From Nitrosopumilus sp. (GTDB lineage Archaea > Thermoproteota > Nitrososphaeria > Nitrososphaerales > Nitrosopumilaceae), in NCBI GenBank assembly GCA_965205215.1, contig OZ242041.1:896001-960000 (forward strand): a DNA stretch of 64,000 nt, in the 5' to 3' direction. This document shows positions 43,238-53,230 of the stretch, piece after piece. A model generated the notes under the pieces. That model saw nothing but the letters and a program-made list of their open reading frames with translations, was not told the DNA's origin and made no database searches. A program made the position numbers and the translations under genes. How positions within the stretch are numbered: the first letter of the stretch is position 1; each line of letters starts with the position of its first letter.

Positions 43238-45214
43238 TCATCCGGACGGCCGTCCTTCCAGCTTGCGCAGTATCTCGAGTTCCTGCTCCAGCTCCGGATC
43301 CCCGATTGATTCCATCTCCCTCTCAAAGTGGTCCCCGAACTGCCCCATTATCGCCTGATAGCCGCCGGATACGCTCAGCGGAATGGACTGCCTCTCCCAC
43401 TGTCCCAGCGGCGTGCTGCCTACATGGTGTGGCATGCGGATCCCCTCGGACAGGAACGGCGACACCCCGTCCCCATAGAACGGGTAGCGTTCAAACTCGA
43501 ATCCCTGGTAGTACGCGTAGGACGCCCTCTCATCAAAGGCCCACGTCTTGGCGAGTTCTGCATACTTTGCAAGGAGGATCCCCTTTCGGATTCCTGTGTT
43601 CTCATAAAACGTGGTGCCGCGATCCTCGAGCTCGAACGTGACGGAGTCTCCGCCCATCATACCTGACCTGTCCCTGTAACTCGCGTCCAGGATGATGGAT
43701 GCGTCGCCAGGCGCCCTTTCCAGCTTGAGCAGCACTATCCCGCCCTTTGTCTGCCCGTCCTCGACCTTGGAGGGGAACAGCGTGTTTATCCTCATTATCT
43801 CCCCCGTGGCCAGATCCGCCTCCGGGGATCCGTATACCTGCTCTATCGAGTACCCGTCTGACTCTAACCTCAGGACAAGGTCGAAGACTAGCGGCGTAAC
43901 CATGAACTCAAACTCGTCAGTCATCCTGTCCAGGAACGACGAGGACGAATGTATGGAGTAGTTGGCCCCCCTGACCTTGGTGATGTGCTCCACCAGCTCC
44001 GTGTTAAAGTCCACGCCGATCCCTATCACGGTGGCGTGGATGCCCTTTTGCGCATTCTTCTCAATCATGCCAAACAGCCCAAACTCGCTGACCAGATCGG
44101 TGTTAGGCATCGCGTCTGTGAGGAATATTATCCTGCTTTCATACTCGTCGGGATCCGCGTCCCGCACCGCCTCAAAGAGCGACGTGCCCGCCCTGATTCC
44201 CGCTTCCATGTTTGTCCCCCCGTCTGCATGGATGGCCAGTATGTTCTTCTTCAGCCGATCGCGGTCTGCCGCCCCCATGCTTTCCAGCGGCTTTGCGACG
44301 TGGGCTGTGTTCTCAAAGAGCACTATGCCGAGCCTGTCATCGTCCCCCAGATAGTCAACCATCCCGGCAATGGATTCTGTGGCGACGTTGATCTTTGCCT
44401 TGGCAAAGTCGTCCTCTGGGGCGTCCGGACGCTCAAACCGGTTCCCAAGCTGGTCGTAATAGTACCTGTCAAATGCGCTCTGCATCGATCCCGAGACGTC
44501 CAGGACCACGACCAGGTTGAGCTTCTTCCTCTCAAAGTCGGATTCCTTTATTCCAGAGTTCAGCCCTACTGACAGGTAGTATTCGTCCTTTTCTGAGAGC
44601 GGATCCTGCGAGACTGCATAGCTGTACGACGGGCAGAACAGTTTTTCGCACTGCTGTTCTGCGCCGGTATCAAAGTAATAGTCGCTGAACAGGCCCTCGT
44701 ACGTGATGTCGGTATGGAGCGGGAGAAAGTCGTTTTCTATGTTCTTCCTAAAGTTCTCAACGTCCTGCGCGCCCCCCGCCGTGAGGCCTATGTTTGACGG
44801 TTGACTCTGGAGGCCCTGGGGTTGCGGGGAGCTCTGCATGGCGCTTTTTTCCTCTGGCATCCTCTCTGGCTGTTCGCTCCAAGTGTCCGAATAGAATCTG
44901 GCCTGGTTGTAAAGGCTGGACGGTTTGCCTGATGGCTTTTCAACTAACGGGTTGTCCTGCATTGTCTGTACCATAACCCATCCACGCTGCTGCAGCGCTT
45001 CGGCGGACTTTTCATAGAGGCACGCCGGCACGCCATTCGGCGACTCCATTAGTATCCTTGAGTCCCTGCACTGTATCTCATGTATCGGTATCCCGGAGTT
45101 ATACTGGACCAGGGGTGGGGGAGTGTCTGCCAGCGCGGGAACGGCAGCCGTGCCGGCAACCGAGGCAAACGACAGCAGCAACAGCAACAATACGGAAAGG
45201 GTCACTCTGCCCAT
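43238..45214 (-). CDS. exported VWA-domain protein (YfbK-like)
   Basis: Signal peptide; MIDAS DVSGSM, GGTN, FLTD. Confidence 0.88.
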   Translation of the reverse strand: MGRVTLSVLLLLLLSFASVAGTAAVPALADTPPPLVQYNSGIPIHEIQCRDSRILMESPNGVPACLYEKSAEALQQRGWVMVQTMQDNPLVEKPSGKPSSLYNQARFYSDTWSEQPERMPEEKSAMQSSPQPQGLQSQPSNIGLTAGGAQDVENFRKNIENDFLPLHTDITYEGLFSDYYFDTGAEQQCEKLFCPSYSYAVSQDPLSEKDEYYLSVGLNSGIKESDFERKKLNLVVVLDVSGSMQSAFDRYYYDQLGNRFERPDAPEDDFAKAKINVATESIAGMVDYLGDDDRLGIVLFENTAHVAKPLESMGAADRDRLKKNILAIHADGGTNMEAGIRAGTSLFEAVRDADPDEYESRIIFLTDAMPNTDLVSEFGLFGMIEKNAQKGIHATVIGIGVDFNTELVEHITKVRGANYSIHSSSSFLDRMTDEFEFMVTPLVFDLVLRLESDGYSIEQVYGSPEADLATGEIMRINTLFPSKVEDGQTKGGIVLLKLERAPGDASIILDASYRDRSGMMGGDSVTFELEDRGTTFYENTGIRKGILLAKYAELAKTWAFDERASYAYYQGFEFERYPFYGDGVSPFLSEGIRMPHHVGSTPLGQWERQSIPLSVSGGYQAIMGQFGDHFEREMESIGDPELEQELEILRKLEGRPSG

Positions 45215-45453
45215 TGGGGTGCCTGTGCCATTTTTACTAGTAAAGGCTTTGTCCAGATCTAATGGCTGGTTCTATCCGCACCCCCGGCCGGGCTACCGAG
45301 ATCTGGTCTCGGTTCCCCCCCACCCTCTTTCGGTACGTACGCTTGACTTGCTCTGCCTGTTTTCCTGAGCCGTGCCTGAATCCGCGTGCCGATGGTTATT
45401 TGATGGTCAGCCTTTCACAACATTTTATACCTCATGCGCGGGTCTCTGCTTGG

Positions 45454-45527
45454 GGGCCCGTAACTCAGCTTGGTAGAGTAACCGGCTCATAACCGGTGAG
45501 CCATGGGATCGAAGCCCTTCGGGCCCA
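45454..45527 (+). tRNA. tRNA with CAU anticodon, probably tRNA-Ile2
   Basis: GGGCCCG/CGGGCCC stem, ACCGG-CTCATAA-CCGGT arm; GGGCCC acceptor is Ile-like; one T-stem mismatch; marks the left edge of the right island. Confidence 0.85.
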
Positions 45528-45750
45528 TTCTATCCTTTTGCGAGTCAATTTTGACTCGATCTTTGCCGCCTGATTCCATGCCCGTCAACATGCAGGTTCA
45601 GGGGGAAGTGGGATTTAACCCTGCTGGTTGGGATCGAGCTACTTTCGAACTTGAACTCTGCAAGGTACGGATTCTGGTGTTGCAGGCATGATGATTCCAT
45701 GTGCTGGTTGAACCCTTAAGGCATTTATCGAAGATTCCGAGACGTGTGAC

Positions 45751-46563
45751 GTGGTACGGTTCTGCCATCACTATTACGGCAACAACTCGGGATTCTGCCT
45801 GAAGTGCGGGGCCGTGCGCCGTAGCACTTCTGGAGGAGGACCGCGGCGCAGCAGGCGCTGGAAGCCGCGGAGGCGGCGTCATCGCAGGGGCGGCCGCACG
45901 CGCGGCATCATGTCCGGAATCGGCAGGTTCATCATATTTAGTATAATTGCAACCGCCATCCTTTGGGGTATCATATACGGGATTGAATGGTTCTCCGATA
46001 GATACAAGCCGCACATGTCCGGAACGGTGGATAATGCTTCCGGGACAGCCGGTGGGGACGGCATACTGGAATGGCCCGGAGCGCTTGACCCCGTGTTCTA
46101 TACCGCAGAGGAGGAATCAAGGGCCAACCTTGAGTATATCAACGGCCTACGCGCGGAACATGACAGGACTCAGATCGCGTTCGATGCAAGGGCATACGAT
46201 CTTGCGCTTGCCCGCGTCCACGACACTCTGGAATACGACTACCGCGACCACGTTAACCCGCACACCGGAACCTGCCCGTACACCATGAAAGGCGAATACG
46301 GCTTTGCCACGCACGAGCAGGTGGCAGAAAACCTGGCGTGGGTAGAAGGGGTGGGTCACATGGGACCCAACGAGGCGACAGACATCTGGATGGATAGCAC
46401 GGGCCACAGGTTTAACCTGCTGTACCCATCACACACCGGCGGGGCAACCGCGTGCGACGGTGGCGTATGCATATTTCTCGGTGTGAACACCGACCTGTTC
46501 GGGGCCAAGTGCGCCACCGCCGCAGAAGGAGAAGCGTACTGGAACGGGCGCTCCGGTGGATAA
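45751..46563 (+). CDS. membrane-anchored CAP (SCP/PR-1) domain protein
   Basis: N-terminal Cys/His and Arg-rich segment, TM helix, INGLRAEH, AENLA, WMDSTGHRFNLL. Confidence 0.8.
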   Translation: MVRFCHHYYGNNSGFCLKCGAVRRSTSGGGPRRSRRWKPRRRRHRRGGRTRGIMSGIGRFIIFSIIATAILWGIIYGIEWFSDRYKPHMSGTVDNASGTAGGDGILEWPGALDPVFYTAEEESRANLEYINGLRAEHDRTQIAFDARAYDLALARVHDTLEYDYRDHVNPHTGTCPYTMKGEYGFATHEQVAENLAWVEGVGHMGPNEATDIWMDSTGHRFNLLYPSHTGGATACDGGVCIFLGVNTDLFGAKCATAAEGEAYWNGRSGG

Positions 46564-46796
46564 TATGACAGTCTGGCGCAGCACAATGGCCAACGTGTCA
46601 GGCGCGCATCAGGATTTCTAGTTGAAGCCTTATCCGCGACAGTCAAGACTCGCAGTCGGCCACAGTTGAACCCCCGATCTACCTGCATATGTGATGGTGG
46701 CCCAGACGGCAGATTGTTCTGGGTAGGCTCGCGGTCTGATGCAACAATAACGGAGATGGTTTGTGTAGGGATGGCAGTTACTAGAGTTGTACGTGA

Positions 46797-46858
46797 TACT
46801 GGTGCGGATTCATGATATGGATGGTTTGTCGCGTGTATGTCACGAATTCGCACCGGTA
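46797..46858. mobile_element. 62-bp palindromic element (MITE-like, TA ends)
   Basis: TACTGGTGCGGATTCATGATAT...ATGTCACGAATTCGCACCGGTA; near-identical to 49400-49461. Confidence 0.7.
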
Positions 46859-46860
46859 TC

Positions 46861-47319
46861 ATGTCAGGTATGGTTTTTATGACATTGCCTACGTTGTACG
46901 GTACGGCTCCCAACAAAAATAACACCGACTGCACGGATGCGACCGACACATTAAATGAACTAACTAGAAATATTTCCAGTGAACCCAACCATGCACAACG
47001 TGTGGAAACCCCTCATCCACAGAATACGGCGAGACAACGCCGACAACCGACACGCGACGGACGCCCCGATGCAGGCACGCGCGCAACCCCCAAAAAGGAG
47101 CCCGCACCCGGACCAACAACCCCGTATGACATACTTGGTCTGTCCGGTACCGCCACGTGCGCCGAAATCAAGACAAGGTACAGGCAGATGGTAAGGGACC
47201 ACGACTCGTCAAGGGGGCGAATAACCAAGACCGTGCAGGAGAGGGAGATCGACGATGCCGCCATGGCCGCGATCAACAGGGCATACTCAGCATTGAAGAA
47301 AAAGCACGGGTGCAAATAA
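46861..47319 (+). CDS. C-terminal J-domain protein (HPD replaced by HDS)
   Basis: PYDILGL...AEIKTRYRQMVRDHDS...MAAINRAYSAL; TAATG coupling to Hsp70; 5' end uncertain. Confidence 0.7.
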   Translation: MSGMVFMTLPTLYGTAPNKNNTDCTDATDTLNELTRNISSEPNHAQRVETPHPQNTARQRRQPTRDGRPDAGTRATPKKEPAPGPTTPYDILGLSGTATCAEIKTRYRQMVRDHDSSRGRITKTVQEREIDDAAMAAINRAYSALKKKHGCK

Positions 47320-49352
47320 TGGCCGTACTTGGGATAGACCTTGGCACCAGCAGCTCGGCCGCGGCCGTACTCTTGGACGGCAGGGTACAGATAATACCCA
47401 ATCCGGACGCGGGCACGACAGGCAAGCCCTTCCCGTCCGTAGTGTCGTTTTTCAGGGACGGCAGCTGCCTGATCGGGGCGCCCGCAGAGGAACAAAGGCC
47501 GTACAACCCGCACGGCACCATCTCAAACATAAAACGGGACATGGGAACAACCCGGCAAATTGAAGTCTTTGGAAAAAGCTTCATCCCGCAGTTCATATCC
47601 GCGCTGCTCCTGATGAAGATAAGGCTTGACACGGAGTCGTTCCTGAACGAGAAAGTAACGCAGGCGGTAATCACGATTCCCGCAAACTTTAACGACGCCC
47701 AGCGGCAGGCAACGCTGGACGCCGGCCGCATAGCCGGGCTTGACGTGGTGCGGCTTTTGCAGGAACCGGTGGCCGCCGCAATGTCATACGGACTCCACCA
47801 TCTGGAGGAACCGTCCAGGATTTTGGTGTTTGACATGGGGGCCGGCACGCTTGACGTCTCCATCCTAGAGGTCGATTCCGGGTTTTTCGAGGTCATCTCC
47901 ACGTCGGGTTCGCAGCATGTGGGCGGCATCGGCATGGACGACGCAGTCTCAGAATGGCTTGCCGAGGAACACGAAAGGCAGCACGGCCAAAAGCCCGCCG
48001 CCGCCCAGTCATTGCGGCGCCTGTCCGAACTCGCAACCATGCTCAAGCATGAATTGTCAGAGCGGGACGAGGCCTCGTTTGACGAGGACATACCGATGGC
48101 GTCCCACCTTGCCGGAAAAATCACAAGGGGTGTTTTTGAAAAATTGATTGGCGGCCTGCTGGATGAATGCAGGGATGTAATCATGCAGGCCCTGGACAAT
48201 GCCGGACTGCACGCGGCGGACATCGACAGGGTGGTTCTTGTCGGCGGCCCAAGCAAGGTCCCCTCCGTACGGCGCCTGCTCAGAACCGCCGTAAGGGAGC
48301 CGGAGGACGGGATAGACCCGTATTTTGCCGTCGTTTCCGGCGCCGCCATACAGGGCGGCGTGCTGGCCAACGACAAGAACCTGCCCGAATTATACAACGG
48401 GCTGACACTGCTGGAGGTCACGCCGCTTGACCTGGCAGAGGAGGCCCGGAAAGACGGGAAGATCGTACCGGTGGTCATGATCCCGAAGAACACGCCATAC
48501 CCGACGTTTCACACCGAGACGTTCTACGTGAACAAGCCGCTTCAAACCGAGGTTGAAATCAGGGTCTGGCAGGGGGATTTTGAGGCGAACCCCGGGTTTG
48601 CGGGGAACGTAAGCCTCGGCGCGTTCGTCCTAAGCGGGTTACGCGCCGGATGCCAGAACGAGGTCGAGGTCAGATACGAGTTGAATGACAACGGCATACT
48701 GACCGTGCGCGCCGCGGAAATTGGGGGCGGCGTCAAGGGCGAGCTCACCATTGACAGGATATGGAGCCGCATGGGCGCCGTAGCGGAACTTGGATACGAG
48801 CAGCCGGACGAGCATGCCGGGAATGAGGAGGAAATGAAGTCATATGAAAGCAAGTACCGGGATGTAATGTCCCCGTATGAGATGCCAATAGGCAATCAGC
48901 AGGAGGAAGCCGGCGACGCGGGCATGTCATGGATGTGCGGCAGCCTTGCCGACGCAAAGGACATCATCAGGACGCACCACGCGGACCTGCCGGTCGACTT
49001 TTTTGACACCGCCAGGTTTGAGCTGTTTTTGCAGGATGACATGCAGTATGCGTACGCATACATCCACCTTTCCGGGGGTCCCGTATACCAGATAGGCATA
49101 CACAAGATGTTTGCGGAACACACGCGCGAGACCCAGAGAAGCCTCGTAGTAACACTGGTGCACGAACTCCTGCATGCCGTACACCCCGACTGGGGGCACA
49201 ACAGGATAAGGCCCGAAGAGCGCAGGCTTGCGAACCTTGCGCATTACTTCGACGCATATGTGGAGCATGAACGCATGTTTCTCAGCGGGCGCATGTCGTT
49301 TTGCAACAACACACACACCAGTGTGGACGGGAAGCGCATATCGTGCGGTTGA
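47319..49352 (+). CDS. Hsp70-family protein with C-terminal HExxH (zincin-like) domain
   Basis: GIDLGT, TIPANFNDAQRQAT, EPVAAA, DMGAGTLDVS, LVGG, linker LLEVTPL; C-terminal VHELLHAVHPDWGH. Confidence 0.88.
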   Translation: MAVLGIDLGTSSSAAAVLLDGRVQIIPNPDAGTTGKPFPSVVSFFRDGSCLIGAPAEEQRPYNPHGTISNIKRDMGTTRQIEVFGKSFIPQFISALLLMKIRLDTESFLNEKVTQAVITIPANFNDAQRQATLDAGRIAGLDVVRLLQEPVAAAMSYGLHHLEEPSRILVFDMGAGTLDVSILEVDSGFFEVISTSGSQHVGGIGMDDAVSEWLAEEHERQHGQKPAAAQSLRRLSELATMLKHELSERDEASFDEDIPMASHLAGKITRGVFEKLIGGLLDECRDVIMQALDNAGLHAADIDRVVLVGGPSKVPSVRRLLRTAVREPEDGIDPYFAVVSGAAIQGGVLANDKNLPELYNGLTLLEVTPLDLAEEARKDGKIVPVVMIPKNTPYPTFHTETFYVNKPLQTEVEIRVWQGDFEANPGFAGNVSLGAFVLSGLRAGCQNEVEVRYELNDNGILTVRAAEIGGGVKGELTIDRIWSRMGAVAELGYEQPDEHAGNEEEMKSYESKYRDVMSPYEMPIGNQQEEAGDAGMSWMCGSLADAKDIIRTHHADLPVDFFDTARFELFLQDDMQYAYAYIHLSGGPVYQIGIHKMFAEHTRETQRSLVVTLVHELLHAVHPDWGHNRIRPEERRLANLAHYFDAYVEHERMFLSGRMSFCNNTHTSVDGKRISCG

Positions 49353-49399
49353 CATCATTTTATGCCTGATTCTCGGCACTCCTACCATAACCTACAAGG

Positions 49400-49461
49400 T
49401 ACCAGTGCGGATTCGTGACATGGATGGTTTGTAGCGTGTATGTCACGAATTCGCACCGGTA
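49400..49461. mobile_element. 62-bp palindromic element (MITE-like, TA ends)
   Basis: Inverted repeat extends 49393-49468 (27/29 match, 18-nt centre). Confidence 0.7.
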
Positions 49462-49490
49462 CCTTGTACGTAAATGTTAATTATTGACGT

Positions 49491-50675
49491 ATGAATAAGG
49501 TTGACATGCGAATCAGCAGAAGAAAAGAATCATGGTTGATTGGCATACGGCTGCGCGGTAGCCTTCGATCCGATGTACGGAATTACATGAACGACGTTCA
49601 GAGTGATTTTCAGGACGAGAAGAGGCGATATCCACACATTACGTTATTTGGACCATTTTCTACGCGCATGGCAGAACGACATCTAATATACACATTAATG
49701 AGCATTGCCAAAAAATATCCTGAAGCGAGGTTTTCAACAGACGGGTTTTCGTCATTTGATAATAGCGGGTGGTTTTCTGAAGGCCGCGGCATTATAATGA
49801 TCAAAATAGTACCCAATGAAGATCTAAAGCGAATGCGGTATGACATTGCGCAAGAACTACTACCACACTGCTCGCAAGAGGGGGAGTATGATCGAGGCAG
49901 CAAGAACGACTTCAAGTTTCACGCTACGTTAGCGATCGGTAGGACTGGAAAACTCTTCAAAGAGATAAACAAGGAACTCAAATCATATGAATTTAAGCAC
50001 GAAGACATCAAACCGGAACTGATCTTGTATCGCAATCAAGCCCCGGTTTTTACATATCTTACAGGACACGATGTTACGCCCACAAGGCCCAGAAACTTGT
50101 ATGCTGATCCCGAAACGAACCAGAAAGTTATGCCATCCTCCCCCTCTCCCACAGATGAGAGCAGACGTAGGGGAGAGATTTTTGTGGTCAGTGACATGCA
50201 TTTTGACCACAAAAATATCATAAAGTACTGCAAAAGGCCGTTCAGATCCGTCTATGATATGAACCGCGCACTGATCGGCAATTGGAACGACAGGGTAAGG
50301 AAGGGTGACAGGGTGTATTATCTCGGCGACATGACATTCGGAGGAAAAAGAGGATCCATTGACTTTTGGCTCTCTAAACTAAACGGGGAGGTGCGATTCG
50401 TACGCGGCAACCACGACACCGATACCATTACGAGGGCGGAGGTAATAGAGGACAGATTTCCCATAAAGTATGGTGACTACGAATTTCTTTTGATGCACGA
50501 TCCTCACAGGCCACCAGACTGGGACGGGTGGATCATACACGGGGACAAGCACAACAACAGCCCCATTAGATACCCACACATCAACAGAAGAAACAAGACG
50601 GTGAACGTTTGCGTAGAATATACCGATTACACCCCGATGAACCTTGACGAGATCATTGCAAAGATTTCCGAGTGA
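49491..50675 (+). CDS. 2H-phosphoesterase + calcineurin-like metallophosphoesterase fusion
   Basis: PHITL and FHATL (2H); DMHFDH, GD, GNHD, H, HGDKH (MPE). Confidence 0.85.
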   Translation: MNKVDMRISRRKESWLIGIRLRGSLRSDVRNYMNDVQSDFQDEKRRYPHITLFGPFSTRMAERHLIYTLMSIAKKYPEARFSTDGFSSFDNSGWFSEGRGIIMIKIVPNEDLKRMRYDIAQELLPHCSQEGEYDRGSKNDFKFHATLAIGRTGKLFKEINKELKSYEFKHEDIKPELILYRNQAPVFTYLTGHDVTPTRPRNLYADPETNQKVMPSSPSPTDESRRRGEIFVVSDMHFDHKNIIKYCKRPFRSVYDMNRALIGNWNDRVRKGDRVYYLGDMTFGGKRGSIDFWLSKLNGEVRFVRGNHDTDTITRAEVIEDRFPIKYGDYEFLLMHDPHRPPDWDGWIIHGDKHNNSPIRYPHINRRNKTVNVCVEYTDYTPMNLDEIIAKISE

Positions 50676-50680
50676 GTATA

Positions 50681-51164
50681 TAATCACGAGCAAAAGTTCA
50701 TGAGCAAGCATTTGCTCTAAACGGAACCTTTATTGATCATACTATAGTGTGACGCAAAAATCTTTGCGACTGTCAGAACTACACGCGCAACCTTTTTTGA
50801 TCACCGGATGCACCGCTTGGCATGGATGAGAAAGACAGAGACTTGTTTATTCGAGCCTACAAGGCGGAACAAGGCCACCTCGTAAGAAATAGAATCCACA
50901 GTCTGCATGCTCAAGATCAACGGATTGAAGGTATCCGAGGTCACCTCGCTGTGTTATTGCTACTCGCGCACCGTATCCGACTGGGTTCGGCGCTTTGACG
51001 AGGACGGACTTGCAGGCCTGAAAGACAGGCCCCACCCGAGCAGGCCGCCAAAGATAACCCTGAAGAAGATCAGGAGGATTATTGCGGTGGGAGGCGGCAT
51101 CACAACGTCAAGGATGCTTAAGAATACCATACGCGAAAGACACGAGGCGTCCTCGTCATTGTAA
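50681..51164 (+). mobile_element. nested IS630-family fragments
   Basis: IS left end 50681-50742 interrupted by a second end (ctatagtgtgacgcaaaa); HTH remnant TVSDWVRRFDEDGLAGLKDRPHPSRP. Confidence 0.75.
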
Positions 51165-51204
51165 TTATATCAACACATGAGAATCAGAAGATTTAATTTA
51201 AAAG

Positions 51205-52035
51205 CTATCCAAATTTGGCAATTAGCTGATCAGTAATTACTGTTGCATATTTCTTATAAAGTGAGATTGATTGTTTTAGATAAGAATCTGTAATTTTCAA
51301 TCGAGTATCTTTACCAACATAACCAGTTTTTGATTTATAATGTTTATCGGGATAAAGATTATTGTGAATCAATATGTGTCTTCTGTAAAATCGTTCTTTA
51401 AATTTTCTATAATTTTTATCCTCGGTTAAATTAATTTTAAACCGCTTCTCTAGATATTTAAAAATACCATCTATGTCATATTTAATTATGTTTTTGACAG
51501 CTTTGGATCTCATATCATCAATTAAAGAATTCATATTTTCAGCAGCCAGTATATCTGAAAAAGTAACTTTCATATCGTGGGATTTTAAGATTTGTGGTTT
51601 TATGGTGAAAACAACATTTAACAGATCATCCAAAAATTCTTCAAATGCAGCGATTAGGTAAACCACAGACATCTCTCTGCAAAATCGATGAAATCTGTAA
51701 TGCAATAAATCTAATTCTAAATCTGTGGAGACAAGCTTAACAAGTAATTGTGAATCTGTTGTAAATTTCTGTCGTTTTTCCGGTGGGAGTGAGTTCCATC
51801 GTTTATATCTGGTGTATTCTTTTTTGTCACTCGTAGTCATTTGTCCAAAAATGTTTTTATGTGCCGCAGTATTTTTAGGCGTTACTTGTTCTTTAACAAT
51901 ATGCGCAACTTCTTTGTTTATGTAAGTTAAAACATCCAAAGTAATTATGAAATGATCACGTGGGTAAGTTAATTGTTCTTTTTTTGATTGTTTAGTAGTG
52001 GAACTAATTTTAGCTACTAAGTAACGTTTTGTCAT
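51205..52035 (-). CDS. AT-rich putative HEPN-domain protein
   Basis: VYLIAAFEEF helix and R-x4-H motif (RHILIH). Confidence 0.65.
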   Translation of the reverse strand: MTKRYLVAKISSTTKQSKKEQLTYPRDHFIITLDVLTYINKEVAHIVKEQVTPKNTAAHKNIFGQMTTSDKKEYTRYKRWNSLPPEKRQKFTTDSQLLVKLVSTDLELDLLHYRFHRFCREMSVVYLIAAFEEFLDDLLNVVFTIKPQILKSHDMKVTFSDILAAENMNSLIDDMRSKAVKNIIKYDIDGIFKYLEKRFKINLTEDKNYRKFKERFYRRHILIHNNLYPDKHYKSKTGYVGKDTRLKITDSYLKQSISLYKKYATVITDQLIAKFG

Positions 52036-52162
52036 GAACGTATTTTAATTTTGTAGTTATTAAATTTTGTATGAGTTCACGTCGTGCCTAGATTTTGACC
52101 AAAAGGTGATCAAACGTTGACTGTACAGATCCAAATAGTGCGTAGACAAGTATAGCTGAGGG

Positions 52163-53186
52163 TACTGATGCGAATTCGTGACATGGCCACCAATCGGGGG
52201 GGGGGGGGGGGCATGGACTGCCGCACGTACAGAGAGGGTAGGCTTCCAAGGCGTCAAAGGTGCCCGGACTGCGGGCGGTTCATACTGCCTATCGAATACA
52301 TCGTCTGGAAGAGTTAAAGCGGAGGGCGTCCGGGAAGGGGGCATGAAGTGCGCCACGTGCGGGGATAGGACAAACGAGCGTTGCCAGAAGTGCAATGCGG
52401 CGTGTTGCACTGTCTGTAAGAGTGAATATGATTACGAAGTCTGCCCGAACTGCAAGCGAATAGTGATCGCAAATGGGTACGTAGATGGGATTTACGACGA
52501 CGGGAAGGAGTATCCTCTAGAGCTGGCCGCTGTTCATACTGTGTTGATGAATATTCAAGTTCTGCTTGGCGCTATGGTAAAGACGAGTCCGGAGACAATG
52601 AAGGCATTGGAAAGTATGAATCCCGACTACACGAGGTTTGTAGATCAGTTACTGAAGTTCAACACAAAGGCACAGGCAGACCCCCCGGAATAGCCCCCCA
52701 CAGACGCCTTTTTGTCCGCGTGCTTTGAAAACCTACTGCATGCCAAGCCGACGGTCTAGACGGCCTGCACGCCCCCAGAACCGCACGCGGCAGAACAACA
52801 AAACTGCACAGTCCAAGACATCAGAAACGGCCTGACATTATGATCAAACTGTCAGGCTCCGCCATTTTTTCTGAAAACGTTCGTTTTCAGGGGGGTTTAG
52901 CTTTCGTGCCTGCATACGCGATGCAAACACGCAAACACCCCCCCCTTGCACGGTCAAAGATGCCCAAGGATTGCAATGTACACACAATGCAGGCACGAAT
53001 AACGCCATACGTGCGGCCGCAGGCAATGTTTCAATTATCCATACCTAATAGATCATTCGGCATCAGATACTGGTACGAATTTGTGACATGGCCATCTAAT
53101 CGGGGGGGGGGGGGGAGGGAAGGGCGGCGGCGGCGGCGGCGGGGCGCCCCGGTTTCTTATACCTATATCACGAATTCGCATCAGTA
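52163..53186. mobile_element. composite bounded by the same inverted-repeat family, containing a 119-bp copy at 53068-53186
   Basis: TACTGATGCGAATTCGTGA at 52163 is the exact reverse complement of 53168-53186. Confidence 0.6.
52343..52693 (+). CDS. Zn-finger hypothetical protein
   Basis: CATC...CQKC...CTVC...CPNC. Confidence 0.7.
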   Translation: MKCATCGDRTNERCQKCNAACCTVCKSEYDYEVCPNCKRIVIANGYVDGIYDDGKEYPLELAAVHTVLMNIQVLLGAMVKTSPETMKALESMNPDYTRFVDQLLKFNTKAQADPPE

Positions 53187-53230
53187 CCTTGTTCATAAAC
53201 GTTAATTATTGTCGCGCGGATAGACTGACC

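Noticed and set aside
47319-49352. Housekeeping dnaK
   Set aside because: No grpE or canonical dnaJ, divergent motifs, no lid, island location
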